Shown piece by piece: positions 18,185 through 29,468 of a stretch of 64,000 nucleotides of DNA. Source of the DNA: a virus. Its lineage: Duplodnaviria > Caudoviricetes. A program made the translations under genes and the position numbers. The first letter of the stretch is position 1. Each line of letters starts with the position of its first letter. Under the pieces are notes generated by a model. It was not told the origin of the DNA. It made no database searches and saw only the letters and a list, made by a program, of their open reading frames with translations. The DNA is taken from positions 1 to 64,000 of IMG/VR virus record IMGVR_UViG_3300032030_000056; one strand, given 5' to 3'.

Positions 18185-19714
18185 ATGATAGAGCAGCACA
18201 ACATAAAGTGGTATCTTGAAGACCCTACTAGGTTTATCCTTATGAAGCCTTTTACCCGTGGAGGTAAGTTAGGTGGTCATGGGTATGAAAGAACCGAGAT
18301 ATTGAACAACACGATGATGGAAACGGGTTTTGCGAACTTGAAGTTAAATCCAATTTCGCAAGACCTGTACTTGACCGAGTACAATCCCGATTTGCACCAC
18401 ATTATCTTGAATCAAGCTATTCCTCACATCAAAATCGTCATTGATGGCATAGCATTGCCATCAAATATGATGGAACTCACCCAAACCGCCTCTTTCCAAA
18501 AGCTGATTCATGCCGCCCATGTGCGCAACCTTACCGCCAATCCATTGGACTTTTCCTTGTGCAATGAAACTCCCGATAAGGGCGAGTTGGACTTGTTTAG
18601 CAAGGCAAAGCAAGAATGGGCATGGAGGGATAGAGAATGGGATAAGTACGAAGCTATCAGTACTTGTAAGAAAGTTGGCAACTGTGGTGTCTTGTTTTCC
18701 TTTGATGGCAATGAATACCAAGTTACCAACTATTCCTACGAGGATGGCTACCAAATCGTTCCCAATTACAACGAGTATGGGATTGAAATTGCTAGGTCTT
18801 TGGTGTACCAAATTGACAATGAGATAATTGTTGATGCCTATGATGCCAAAAAGCATTATAGGTGCGTACACACCGAAAATGGTTGGAACATTAGCGAAGA
18901 AGTACATGGTTATCCTATCTGCCCATTGCTGCACAAGCGTGGTAAACCTGCTTGGGAATATGCCGAAAGTAGCATTGAAATGTGGGAGTTGATGGCGAAC
19001 ATTCAAGCAATTGCTTTGAAGCGTTTTGGTACTTTCGCATTGGTGTTTATCGGTGAAATGGATAGGGATAGCTTTAAGCGTGACAGTTCCACCTTGATTG
19101 TCAACCTTTCAAGTGATTCGACTGGCGGCAAGCAAGATGCAAAGGTGTTGGAGTTCCCTGAGCCTCAAACTATGGATGGGTACTTAAAAACGCTAGAGGA
19201 AAAGATTTCCTTGTTCAGTTCAACATCTTTCATTACACCAAAAGATATCACAACAAGCAATAGTGGTGGTAATGGTATCGCTTTGGCTATGTCAAATGAC
19301 TACTCATTAGCCACCCAATCCGCTCTCGATTGGCAACCTTTTGCTAGTCAAATGTTTAGGTTACACCTTGCTGGCCTTGACCTAGAGGGCAACAACACGC
19401 AAAAGTATTCGAGTTTGCGAGTTAAGGCTAGGATTATACCTTGGTCTTTGGAAACGAACAACACTAAGATTACCAACTTGGCAATGGAAGCACCTTACTT
19501 GTCAACACAAACAGTTGTCGAAAGGTGTCCCGATGCCGCACCCGATGAGGTTCAAAGGATTTTGGCTGAAAGGGGCTCGTTGGTTGAACGTGGTTCACAA
19601 CTTATCCAAGACACGGCAGACAAGGCGCATAACATTGCAACCAACCGAAGCAATGAAATTGTTGACAACATGACTAAGGTTGTTGACGTTGAAGCTGCAA
19701 AAGTAAATTCATAA
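18185..19714 (+). CDS. Portal protein
   Basis: 509 aa directly after TerL; SPP1-like features (SSTSFITP...SGGNGIALAM). Confidence 0.8.
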   Translation: MIEQHNIKWYLEDPTRFILMKPFTRGGKLGGHGYERTEILNNTMMETGFANLKLNPISQDLYLTEYNPDLHHIILNQAIPHIKIVIDGIALPSNMMELTQTASFQKLIHAAHVRNLTANPLDFSLCNETPDKGELDLFSKAKQEWAWRDREWDKYEAISTCKKVGNCGVLFSFDGNEYQVTNYSYEDGYQIVPNYNEYGIEIARSLVYQIDNEIIVDAYDAKKHYRCVHTENGWNISEEVHGYPICPLLHKRGKPAWEYAESSIEMWELMANIQAIALKRFGTFALVFIGEMDRDSFKRDSSTLIVNLSSDSTGGKQDAKVLEFPEPQTMDGYLKTLEEKISLFSSTSFITPKDITTSNSGGNGIALAMSNDYSLATQSALDWQPFASQMFRLHLAGLDLEGNNTQKYSSLRVKARIIPWSLETNNTKITNLAMEAPYLSTQTVVERCPDAAPDEVQRILAERGSLVERGSQLIQDTADKAHNIATNRSNEIVDNMTKVVDVEAAKVNS

Positions 19715-19718
19715 GCGT

Positions 19719-22700
19719 ATGATGAACGGGCTAAACATAGACTTCCCAATTTACTACGATGATGGGAATGGTATAAGGACATCATTTCACGGCATGGTGT
19801 TAAAGAAAGCCGTTGTTGATGGTGTTGTTATGTCTTTGTCAGACAAGATTACTGGTGATGTCGTGTATAATGGTAGCGACTTGCAATTCACAATGCAAGA
19901 GTATGTGTTGTATAACGATGTCAAGTATTCTTTGGTTAACCCGCCTACTGTAGTAAGGGAGGGTCTTGTTGCCGACAATAGCGACTTAAAGGGTGCTACA
20001 AGATACTCGTTTGAGTTTTATCACCCTATGTATATGTTGTCGAATTTTCCGTTTACTGATGTTGCGGTTAGTTTTGATGAAATACGCTACAAGTCACATG
20101 ACAAGTCTTTCAGTTGGATTGGCAAGCCATTGGACTATGTAAACAAGTTAAACAAGAACTTAGAGGGTACTGAATTTGTTGTTGTGCTTAGTTCAAGCGT
20201 TTCTCAAGGCATAATAGATACCTTGAGTGATGTGTTGACATTTGATAACTCAACTATTGCTGATGCCTTAAAGACTGGATATGATACTTGGGGTTTGCCT
20301 TATGTGGTTGACAAGTTGGAAGAAAGTCAATACTTCTTTACTGATGCAAACAACAACAATGTTGACTATTATTCAATCGAAGGTGGTAAAAAGAGATTTG
20401 TGATTATATTTGGCTTACCTGCCAATGAGATATATGAAAATGAAACTCAAAAGTTGCTTGGTAATCCGTTTGTGTTCCAATTCGGTCAAGGTGTAGGCTT
20501 AAAGAACAACTCTCGCACACCTAGAAACAACAAGATTGTGACTAGGATTGCTGGCTATGGTAGTGAAACGAACATACCTTATGGCTATCCTCAAATACGT
20601 TGGTATGGAGACCCTGATGCTACTTGCACAATCGGAGATAGCGTTGGAATACAAGAAAACGTCACAATAAATGGTGTGTTCTATGAGAGGATAATGTCTT
20701 ATCCAATATACATGGGTATTGTTGGTGGTGAGTATGTTAAACTGATTAAGCATCCTTTCACTAGGTCACACCTAATGCCATCTGTATATGCCAATTCTAT
20801 TTTCAACAAGGTTAGTCAATACAAGGTTGATGAAAACGAGAATGTTATATTCAACCCAGACTTTATGCCAGATGTTGAGATAGTTGACTACTACGATGCT
20901 GTTGGTAGTGATTACCCAAATAACATCAACTTATCAGCACCATCGTATGAAATCCATGAGTTTGAGGAAATTAAACCCGAATTGGGTGAGGCAAATATTC
21001 TTGGTGCAAATCCAATCAATGCCGATTTGACTGATGCTGATGGATGGGATGATACGATGGATGATGATGGCAACTACCTGCAAAGCTATTTCAAGATAAC
21101 TTTGCCTGAATTATCGTTTGACATCTATGCTTGTGCCGCTATTACTGAGGAAATGAAAATCAATATGCGCAGTGGTGCTTGTATTGGTTGCACTTTCACA
21201 GTTCAAGTTGATTGGGAAGACTATAAGCGCAATTTCTATGATAGTGACATGAACTTTGCGCCTAATGGTAGCCAGCGTGACTTGACACGCTATCCTAATA
21301 GCAAAGATGGCAGTATTTCGGTAATCGTTCAAAAGGACATCAATACGTTTGGAACATTGATGCCTAATATTTACCAAAATCCTGCCGCTGGTGATGCTTT
21401 CGTGGTGTTGGGTATATCATTACCCCTTGAATACATTACGGATGCGCAGGAACGCTTAGATGCGGCTATGAAATCGTATATGTTGGAGAACAACGTGTAC
21501 TATTTCGATTATCCTTTGAAGTTTGACGAACATTTCCTTGCCAATAGGACTTACATACTCAACCAAATACGGCCTAACTCAATCATTAGGTTTAGGTACA
21601 ATAACGAAATATTGGAGTTGTTCGTTAAGCAATTGACCATAAAGTACAACGAAAGCGTATTACCTCAATACGACATCACGTTGACTGATAATGTTGAGAT
21701 TGTGCTTAATCAAATTGGTCAAGTTGCTGACGATGTTGAAAAGCTAGGCACATTGATTGCTATGTTGCGCCAAAACTTTGGCAACAATGTAATCTATGAA
21801 TTAGCCAAGAAATTATCAAAGGTTTCTGACGATGCCGCTGCTGGCCACATCACTTTCACGAAAGGCACAACAATTAGTGATGATGGTTTCACTAGCGGTT
21901 GGTTGGTTGGTAATGGCGCAAGAATTGACAAGGATGGTAATGCAGAGTTTGAGAACGTGCGTGTGCGTGGTTCTATGACCGCAAGCGAAATCGTGTTCAA
22001 CTTGATTGATGCCGAAGAGGGTGAATCTATACGCTCTATAGGTCATGGCATTATTGACACTGTTGAAATGATTGATGCAACACATGGAACGGCTACATTG
22101 CGCATGGATGAGGACGAATATGCCACTATTGACGAAAACGACATTTGCCGAGGTATGTATAACATCCTTTCTAGGGATGGTTATGCAAACCAAGAGGAAG
22201 GCGATGATTACAATGGTTTCCGCAATCAAGTAGGCTTCTTTTCATCATATTTCACTATTGACGATGATAGCGTGGTTAAGTCAAAAGGCAGTTGCACGTT
22301 TAATTTCACCTTGCAAACTGTTGACAAGAATGGCAGCCCTGTTATAAACTACCCACCTTGCGAGGGTATGAAATTTGTTGCTTACGGCAATACAGTAAAC
22401 ACGTCAAGACAATCTTGTATGTACACAAGTGCCGTAGGTCAAGCACCGAAACGACTTTACCTTGCAGGCATTGACCACTATTGGATTGAGCCTAGAAACG
22501 TAAAAATAGCACAAGGTTACATTGATGGTGTTAGAGTGACCGAAGTTATCACCCAATCGGAATATATCTCATATTACGCTCAAGACCCGTCTAGTGTGTT
22601 TACATCAAACGGCAAGTACTACCACTATAAGACGTTGCATGGTGACGCTGGTTTCTATTGCGAGGATAACATCTATTTTGGTGGTATTCTTAACCAATTC

Positions 22701-25190
22701 ACTGCTGCTGATTGGGATGCTATCCGTGACGAACTTGGTCAAGGCATACACGCACAATTATTGCGTGGCAGCGACAATATCATTGTTGACGCATTAGGCA
22801 ATGTGGTGGGAGGTTTGTATGTGCAAGATGGTAATATTACCACTTACAAGTTACATACTGGTGTTATCGTGTATGATAGCGGCAAGGATAGGTATTTGGA
22901 TGTTGCTTCAAACAACTCTGAAATAGGCGAAAATGAGTTTGGCTTATATGTTACCGCAAATGGTTGTGGTGTTTTGCGTGATGGCGCAGATGTTTATATT
23001 ACATCAATCGCAAACACGGCAAATGGGAACACACCATTAACGGATGGTGAATTAGAGTTAATGCGCAATACGGATGAAATCACGGTTGACTTCATCGTTG
23101 TTACCGCAAATGGATGGCGCACACAAATGACCTATCCTGTCAAGATTACCCACCTTGATACTTCGTACATCACGTTTGATTTGACTAACGAGATGGACAC
23201 ATTTGCATACCGAACCCAAACCAAGCGTTATGATGGTCTGCCCTTGTCAACATCAATTAAGGGGTATGTAAATGGCGAAGAAGCAGACATTGTTTCATTG
23301 TACGCTACTAGCGATTTTTGGGGTGGAAGTACAATTGTGCTTGATGATGTGCATCCTAATGTAATCAAGTATTATGGAGGCACTAATAATGATAACTATG
23401 GCATAAAGGCAACAATCACAAGAAACGGCACGTTAACATTAAGCCATACAAGTTCGTTAAATGACGAGGTTGACATTCCAGATGCAAAGCATGAATTTAC
23501 GCTATCTTGCGTAGTCAAGTATGCTGGTGTAAACTACACAAGCCCTGCCTACAAATTCATCGTAACCGAAACTACTGATGCGACATTATACAAGTTGTTG
23601 CTTTCGGCAAATTCGGTTTTAAAAGACGAAGGCACTTACACACCATCTACAATTGATGTGCAAGTACAAGTGTATAGCGATAGCGGGATGAGTGTGTTTA
23701 CACCAAATGCGTCAACTGGTCATGTGGTTGGAAATATCTATGTCAAGTACATCAATGGCACTTACGACCCTTCGGTTAGTGCATCGACATTGATTTCAAG
23801 CTGGAGTGCAACAATGCCTAGTAGCTTTGATGCTATACCTACTTGTTTGACGATTCTTGTCGTTGACCTTTCTAACCAATCATCGCCAGTAGTGCTTGAC
23901 GTTGAAAGTGTTCCAATGACTGCAAAGGGTAGGGATGGTGCAGGTCAGCCGTGGATAAAGGTTAGCCCTGACAAGATTATCATAGATTGCAATAGTCAAG
24001 GCGAAATCAAATCCACTAAGCCATTTACTGTTTCCGCACAACTTTATTGGGGTGACAATCTTTGCACTTTGAATACAGCTAATTGTGGTATATCATTACC
24101 ATCTGATACGTCAACTGACCCTGATTCATTTGCTAATAACAACAAAGAAGCAAGACGTTCATATACGTTTACGCAAGGCGATACGTTGGAAAGCACTTAC
24201 ATTAATGTGCATCTTGAAGGAACGTATTATGATGGCACTACCACTACTACGCATACGGCAGACACATCTATTGTTGTTCAAGCCAATACGCAAGGTACGC
24301 AAGGTGCGCAAGGTGCTTCTGGTGCTGCAATCGTATTTGCTGGTGCTTGGGATAGTGAAACCTATTATGTATGGAATAACAATATCCGTAACGCAGTAAA
24401 GCATAATGGCTCATACTGGTTTGTAAACAAGCGCACAAATGGCGAAGATTTGTTAGGCATAGAGCCAACATCAGAACACACCGAGGAATGGTTAGATGTT
24501 GGCGCATTAAACTTTGTTGCTACCGAATTGCTACTTGCAGAAAATGGTACAATCAACTTGTTCTCAAGTAACATCATCAACTTGTTTAATGGCTCTACTA
24601 AGGTAGCTACTATTAATGGTGATGGCTATGGCTCGTATTGCACCTATTATGAAAGTGGTAACAAGCGAATGGAACTTAGCTATAGTGGCTACTGGTACTA
24701 CTACAATGACAATGCAGAAAATACTTGGAATTGGAGGATTGGTCATGGTGGTGATATAAACAAAAGCAGGAGTGATGATTGGTTGCCTTATTGGTTATGC
24801 AATGTTGGCAATGGTGGCATTGAACCACCCAGCAATAGCTTAACAAACTTCAGAAACGATACAACTTATAATAGGACTGAATATTATAAGTTTATTAGTG
24901 GAGGCAATAACTTTACTGATTATGATAAGTGCTTGTTTGTTTACAAACCATCGAACGATAATCCAACAAATACAACACCGCTACCATCGGGTTGGTACAC
25001 TCCAAATATTGAAGTCTTGCACAAGATAGATGATGAGGGTGTAACCATGTTATATTACATCACTATCTACAAAGTAGAGCAAACCACATCTAATGGGGTA
25101 ACAACTTCAAGGATTACCGAAAGGTGGCTTCGCATTTGGGATGGTAGTAGCTATGTAAATAGACAAGACGCATTATTGCCTACTGATTAG
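19719..25190 (+). CDS. Giant tail hub / central fibre protein
   Basis: 1823 aa; tail-endopeptidase-like NKIVTRIAGYGS motif; C-terminal GTQGAQGASG / FAGAWDSETYY fibre motifs. Confidence 0.8.
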   Translation: MMNGLNIDFPIYYDDGNGIRTSFHGMVLKKAVVDGVVMSLSDKITGDVVYNGSDLQFTMQEYVLYNDVKYSLVNPPTVVREGLVADNSDLKGATRYSFEFYHPMYMLSNFPFTDVAVSFDEIRYKSHDKSFSWIGKPLDYVNKLNKNLEGTEFVVVLSSSVSQGIIDTLSDVLTFDNSTIADALKTGYDTWGLPYVVDKLEESQYFFTDANNNNVDYYSIEGGKKRFVIIFGLPANEIYENETQKLLGNPFVFQFGQGVGLKNNSRTPRNNKIVTRIAGYGSETNIPYGYPQIRWYGDPDATCTIGDSVGIQENVTINGVFYERIMSYPIYMGIVGGEYVKLIKHPFTRSHLMPSVYANSIFNKVSQYKVDENENVIFNPDFMPDVEIVDYYDAVGSDYPNNINLSAPSYEIHEFEEIKPELGEANILGANPINADLTDADGWDDTMDDDGNYLQSYFKITLPELSFDIYACAAITEEMKINMRSGACIGCTFTVQVDWEDYKRNFYDSDMNFAPNGSQRDLTRYPNSKDGSISVIVQKDINTFGTLMPNIYQNPAAGDAFVVLGISLPLEYITDAQERLDAAMKSYMLENNVYYFDYPLKFDEHFLANRTYILNQIRPNSIIRFRYNNEILELFVKQLTIKYNESVLPQYDITLTDNVEIVLNQIGQVADDVEKLGTLIAMLRQNFGNNVIYELAKKLSKVSDDAAAGHITFTKGTTISDDGFTSGWLVGNGARIDKDGNAEFENVRVRGSMTASEIVFNLIDAEEGESIRSIGHGIIDTVEMIDATHGTATLRMDEDEYATIDENDICRGMYNILSRDGYANQEEGDDYNGFRNQVGFFSSYFTIDDDSVVKSKGSCTFNFTLQTVDKNGSPVINYPPCEGMKFVAYGNTVNTSRQSCMYTSAVGQAPKRLYLAGIDHYWIEPRNVKIAQGYIDGVRVTEVITQSEYISYYAQDPSSVFTSNGKYYHYKTLHGDAGFYCEDNIYFGGILNQFTAADWDAIRDELGQGIHAQLLRGSDNIIVDALGNVVGGLYVQDGNITTYKLHTGVIVYDSGKDRYLDVASNNSEIGENEFGLYVTANGCGVLRDGADVYITSIANTANGNTPLTDGELELMRNTDEITVDFIVVTANGWRTQMTYPVKITHLDTSYITFDLTNEMDTFAYRTQTKRYDGLPLSTSIKGYVNGEEADIVSLYATSDFWGGSTIVLDDVHPNVIKYYGGTNNDNYGIKATITRNGTLTLSHTSSLNDEVDIPDAKHEFTLSCVVKYAGVNYTSPAYKFIVTETTDATLYKLLLSANSVLKDEGTYTPSTIDVQVQVYSDSGMSVFTPNASTGHVVGNIYVKYINGTYDPSVSASTLISSWSATMPSSFDAIPTCLTILVVDLSNQSSPVVLDVESVPMTAKGRDGAGQPWIKVSPDKIIIDCNSQGEIKSTKPFTVSAQLYWGDNLCTLNTANCGISLPSDTSTDPDSFANNNKEARRSYTFTQGDTLESTYINVHLEGTYYDGTTTTTHTADTSIVVQANTQGTQGAQGASGAAIVFAGAWDSETYYVWNNNIRNAVKHNGSYWFVNKRTNGEDLLGIEPTSEHTEEWLDVGALNFVATELLLAENGTINLFSSNIINLFNGSTKVATINGDGYGSYCTYYESGNKRMELSYSGYWYYYNDNAENTWNWRIGHGGDINKSRSDDWLPYWLCNVGNGGIEPPSNSLTNFRNDTTYNRTEYYKFISGGNNFTDYDKCLFVYKPSNDNPTNTTPLPSGWYTPNIEVLHKIDDEGVTMLYYITIYKVEQTTSNGVTTSRITERWLRIWDGSSYVNRQDALLPTD

Positions 25191-25210
25191 TAATTTAAGA
25201 ATATAAGAAT

Positions 25211-26380
25211 ATGGCGCAATTAACGACAGATAACATTAACACAATCGCAGCGGCAGTTGCCTCTATGGGCGATGATGATTACTTGTACATCTACAAGGCG
25301 GATGGGCAAGCAATGGGTCGTATTACTAAGGCTCAATTGTTGCAAGGCATAAGGCAATCGGGTGGAGGTATGTCTGCTACTATTTACCAAGCCATCCAAA
25401 CCAATGTTGAAGTATTGAGGTTAAATTTTAATGCCCTTTCTAGTGCGTTGGCAAATCTTGCTTTTTCGGAAGACAATCCAAATCTTAGCGTTGGTGAGTT
25501 TAACTGGCCTGAGCAAGAAAGCGGTGGGGGTGGTGATGAACCTACTCCTACCGATGAACCTACAATCACGTTCAAGAATGGTAGCGGCAACACAATAACC
25601 ACATTGAATGTTGGTGAAATAGCAGACGGAGAATCTAGCGTAAGCAACACATTCTTTGTTTACGGAACAAATCTTACTGATGATATAACATTAAGCGTTA
25701 CCAATGGAAGGTTTGATGTATTACCGACAACAATACCAATGAACAATGCAGCTAGTGGTGTACAAGTAACCATTACTTATAGTGGAAATTCATCATTGGC
25801 TACTGATTATGTTGTTGCATCATCAAATGGCGCAACAAGCAAAACTTTGATAGCCACCGCAACAAAAGATGAAGGACAACAAGGTGGAGATGAACCAACA
25901 CCATCACAGTCGATTAAACTTGTACATGGCAAGTATATCGCCTATCAAGGAACATCACCCAAAACACCTTCTAACGCATCTTTGTACACTGACATCTGCT
26001 GCATGACAGCAGTTCTAAGTGTGAATTTCAGTGACATTGATGAAACTGTTTGGGAAACAGCATATATAGAATGGGTTCATGGCGGTATCGCTTCAAAAGG
26101 GAATATATCATTTACAAAGAACAATGGCACGACCGCCGAATCTGTGCAAGGTGCTTCAAGCGAAAAAGACACCTATTCGGTTGACAATATGACCAGCCAG
26201 ACATTATCATACTGGAAACAAAGAAGGACTTTAGTTAATGGCCTTATCGCCACATTTAAGTATGATACATCGACAAACAAAGTCGCTTCGGGTTGTTGCG
26301 TGGTGCTAAAAGACGCAAATGGCAATATTCTTAAAACACTTATTAGTGCGAATGACCTGCAAAACGCAACTTGGGAATAG
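25211..26380 (+). CDS. Tail accessory protein with Ig-like domain
   Basis: 389 aa; two GGDEPTP linkers bracket an Ig-like beta domain (VYGTNLTDDITLSV). Confidence 0.55.
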   Translation: MAQLTTDNINTIAAAVASMGDDDYLYIYKADGQAMGRITKAQLLQGIRQSGGGMSATIYQAIQTNVEVLRLNFNALSSALANLAFSEDNPNLSVGEFNWPEQESGGGGDEPTPTDEPTITFKNGSGNTITTLNVGEIADGESSVSNTFFVYGTNLTDDITLSVTNGRFDVLPTTIPMNNAASGVQVTITYSGNSSLATDYVVASSNGATSKTLIATATKDEGQQGGDEPTPSQSIKLVHGKYIAYQGTSPKTPSNASLYTDICCMTAVLSVNFSDIDETVWETAYIEWVHGGIASKGNISFTKNNGTTAESVQGASSEKDTYSVDNMTSQTLSYWKQRRTLVNGLIATFKYDTSTNKVASGCCVVLKDANGNILKTLISANDLQNATWE

Positions 26381-26382
26381 CA

Positions 26383-28056
26383 ATGGCAACCGACTTAACA
26401 AATAACGACAACGCTGGAACTGTGGTGAGCCGAATCAACACAGCCATCGAGGAGCAGAACAAGGGGGTGAGCCAACTTGGTGCTGCCCCCAGTGCCAGCA
26501 CGGTGATTTCCCGTGTCCATGATGCAATTGATGCAGAGGGCAACAACCAACTTTATGATGTCAGCAATAGTGACAATGCGGTTGACTTCATCCGCAAGGT
26601 CAATGATTTGTTTGCATCCATCCGCAATGGTGGAGGTGGTGATACTCCAACACCGACATATCACGATGCGCCTAGCATCCTTATTATTGGTAACTCATTT
26701 ACTCTTGATTCATGGACGTATGTGCCGTTTATCTTGAAAGCTGTTGGTATCAACATCAAGATTGGTATGTGCTATACAGCATCTACTGGTCTTGGAGGAC
26801 AATACGGCAACTATAATTACGGCCCGAGTTTTACGTATGATTCTACAACTGGCACTTATGTTGATGCAACTAATAGAGGTTTCTTTTATATCGACACATC
26901 AAAGGATAATGCGTGGAGTCAAAAAATTGCAAAGGGTACGTTTAATAAAGGTGAACAACGTATTGATGCCAATCAAGATGATTATCGTGTCCCTACTCCA
27001 CGTCAATGTGTTGTATATTATGAAGGCATGGAGAATGAACTTCAAAACGCACAGAAAGCATTGGAGGATGTATCAAATGAGTTTACCTATGGCAACATAG
27101 ATAAACTTGGCAAACTTTGGGATGTGATTGTGTTACAACAAGTATCAACACAAAGTGTTACATTGAGTACATACGTTGCCAGTGATGGGAAAATTTATTC
27201 ATTGAAACTAAAGGAGTTGATAGATAACGATATTGCTAATGATTATGTGCTTGGTTGGAACATTAACCATTCAAGGAGGGATTATGATGCGCCAACGGAC
27301 ATCTTGGCAAACATAAAAGACTGTTATGATGAGGGCGAAAATGACCAAACAACAATTGCGGCAAAGATTGATGTCGTATTCCCATACGGAACGGCCATAT
27401 TTTATGCAAGGAACAATCCAACACTAAAGCAAATAGGGTATGGTAACTATACTGATTTATGGGTAGATGGTCAACATCTTGCTGGCGGTTTGCCTCATTT
27501 CTTGGCATCACTTACTATAGTTGAGAAAATATTCAGCAAATACTATCCTAATGATGGGTTATCAGTAACCAATAATGCGGCAATCGCAAACATCATACCA
27601 AATAGCAATTGGGTAAATAGTCATGGTAATATGCCATCTCCTCGTGCAAAATCGCCATACATTGTAGGTGCTACGGCAGAAAATTGCGCCATAGCTAGGC
27701 AAATCGCTGAAGATGCTTGCGACGACCCTTGGGATGATAATGGTAATTTATCGTTAAAGATAACGATTTCTTGCACTAATTGCTACATAGACAGTGCTCC
27801 ATCTGAATATGGCATCGAACAAGGTTCAAAGAACGCAACATTCTTTGTTGGGAAAGGCGAAGCTATCATTGATATTGTTATCAAGACAGAGCAAGATTAT
27901 TCTTTAACAAAAAATGGTTCAGCGCACAATTGGAGGTACACAAGACTTGGAGTTGGTACTGCAACGTCTTTAACAACATCATCAAATCAATGCAATGTAT
28001 CTTTGGGTAGCGAACAAGTTACAAATAACATCACAATGTTATTTAGGGCATTTTAA
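26383..28056 (+). CDS. SGNH/GDSL hydrolase-domain virion protein (DUF4886-like)
   Basis: ILIIGNSFT (block I), WDVIVLQQVS, DGQH (D-x-x-H). Confidence 0.7.
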   Translation: MATDLTNNDNAGTVVSRINTAIEEQNKGVSQLGAAPSASTVISRVHDAIDAEGNNQLYDVSNSDNAVDFIRKVNDLFASIRNGGGGDTPTPTYHDAPSILIIGNSFTLDSWTYVPFILKAVGINIKIGMCYTASTGLGGQYGNYNYGPSFTYDSTTGTYVDATNRGFFYIDTSKDNAWSQKIAKGTFNKGEQRIDANQDDYRVPTPRQCVVYYEGMENELQNAQKALEDVSNEFTYGNIDKLGKLWDVIVLQQVSTQSVTLSTYVASDGKIYSLKLKELIDNDIANDYVLGWNINHSRRDYDAPTDILANIKDCYDEGENDQTTIAAKIDVVFPYGTAIFYARNNPTLKQIGYGNYTDLWVDGQHLAGGLPHFLASLTIVEKIFSKYYPNDGLSVTNNAAIANIIPNSNWVNSHGNMPSPRAKSPYIVGATAENCAIARQIAEDACDDPWDDNGNLSLKITISCTNCYIDSAPSEYGIEQGSKNATFFVGKGEAIIDIVIKTEQDYSLTKNGSAHNWRYTRLGVGTATSLTTSSNQCNVSLGSEQVTNNITMLFRAF

Positions 28057-28069
28057 AAGCATATAAGCT

Positions 28070-29443
28070 ATGGCAACAACAACGACATTAACAAGGATAA
28101 AGCACGTTCAAGGGAACGTATTGAGGTTGGCAATACCGCTCACACTAAGAACGGTCACGTTGTCTAATGGTGAGGTTACGACAACAGATTCTGACTTTGT
28201 GCCTAACGGAATCGTAAAGGTTTTATTTGGTCAAACGTCAAGGCATTTTGAATATATAGCATCTATGCGCAATGGCAATGTTGCAGTAGTTGAGGATAAG
28301 GGTACTTTACCAGTAGGCACTTATGCAATCACAGTATTGTGTAATGATGATAATGGCAACCCAATGCGATTTAAACAAGTTGCGGTTGTTCGAGTTTTTG
28401 ATGCTACTCGTGATGCTGGTATTGACATTGGTATTGAATTTGAATCACAAGAATGGTTGCTTGATGGTGCTATCTTTATTGCCATTAAGGGAGAGGATGG
28501 TACAACACCGCATATTGGAGAAAATGGGCATTGGTTTATCGGAAATGTTGACACTAATGTAGAAGCAGCGGGTGTTGGAATTGATGAAATCACGGTTGAC
28601 GAAACAAGTATTGAAGGCGAATACAATACTATCACAATCAAGTTGACCAATGGTGATACCACTCAAATCCACATCAAAAACGGCTCTACTGGTGAACCAA
28701 TCTTGCCTAATGATATTGTTCGTGATAACAACTACACACATACCGATAACAACTACACGTTAACTGATAAAGACAGGGTTTCAACAATACCATATTTGTT
28801 TGGCGCAGTTCGCTATGATACTCTTTCAAGGCGAATAAACTTTTTCCCGCCAAATAATCTTTCGAGACCACTTGCATACATTGATGCAACCCCATTCGTT
28901 AAGGATGGCTTGATTAATCAAATCAGTGTACAAGGCGGTTATTTGGTTTTGAAATACAATAGTGATGCTAATCGTTCTGATTTGAGGCTCGATTTGAAAT
29001 ACATTTTCAATTCATCATTATACTTAACCGAAAAAGAAGTAACAATTAAATTGAATAAGAAAGCCGACATAAACGATGAAAACAGGATTGACTATTCAAC
29101 GCTACCTAGATTCGTTTTGGACAGCATTAACTTCAATAATAATGGAATGATGCCTGCCCAATCAATTGATGGAACTACAAGACATTGTATTGATGGGTAT
29201 ATCCGCAAATTCATCATGCAAGGATTAACCTTTAAATCAATACAGTACATACCAGATGAAGGAACATTGTATTACAATAAGGCTGATTCAAAGTTCTATG
29301 TTTGGGATGGTGGTGAAATGGTTGAACAAAACATAGCTGGTGCAAGTGGTGGCGGTGGCTACCATGTAAGTTATTCAAATGGTGTGTTAACTTTTTCGGG
29401 GAGTAACCAACCAACTTATGAAAATGGTGTATTAACTTTGTAA
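28070..29443 (+). CDS. Baseplate / fibre-base structural protein
   Basis: 457 aa with GEDGTTPHIGENGHWFIGNVDT and HTDNNYT fibre motifs. Confidence 0.6.
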   Translation: MATTTTLTRIKHVQGNVLRLAIPLTLRTVTLSNGEVTTTDSDFVPNGIVKVLFGQTSRHFEYIASMRNGNVAVVEDKGTLPVGTYAITVLCNDDNGNPMRFKQVAVVRVFDATRDAGIDIGIEFESQEWLLDGAIFIAIKGEDGTTPHIGENGHWFIGNVDTNVEAAGVGIDEITVDETSIEGEYNTITIKLTNGDTTQIHIKNGSTGEPILPNDIVRDNNYTHTDNNYTLTDKDRVSTIPYLFGAVRYDTLSRRINFFPPNNLSRPLAYIDATPFVKDGLINQISVQGGYLVLKYNSDANRSDLRLDLKYIFNSSLYLTEKEVTIKLNKKADINDENRIDYSTLPRFVLDSINFNNNGMMPAQSIDGTTRHCIDGYIRKFIMQGLTFKSIQYIPDEGTLYYNKADSKFYVWDGGEMVEQNIAGASGGGGYHVSYSNGVLTFSGSNQPTYENGVLTL

Positions 29444-29468
29444 TATAATAAAGAAAAGAAAAAAAGAC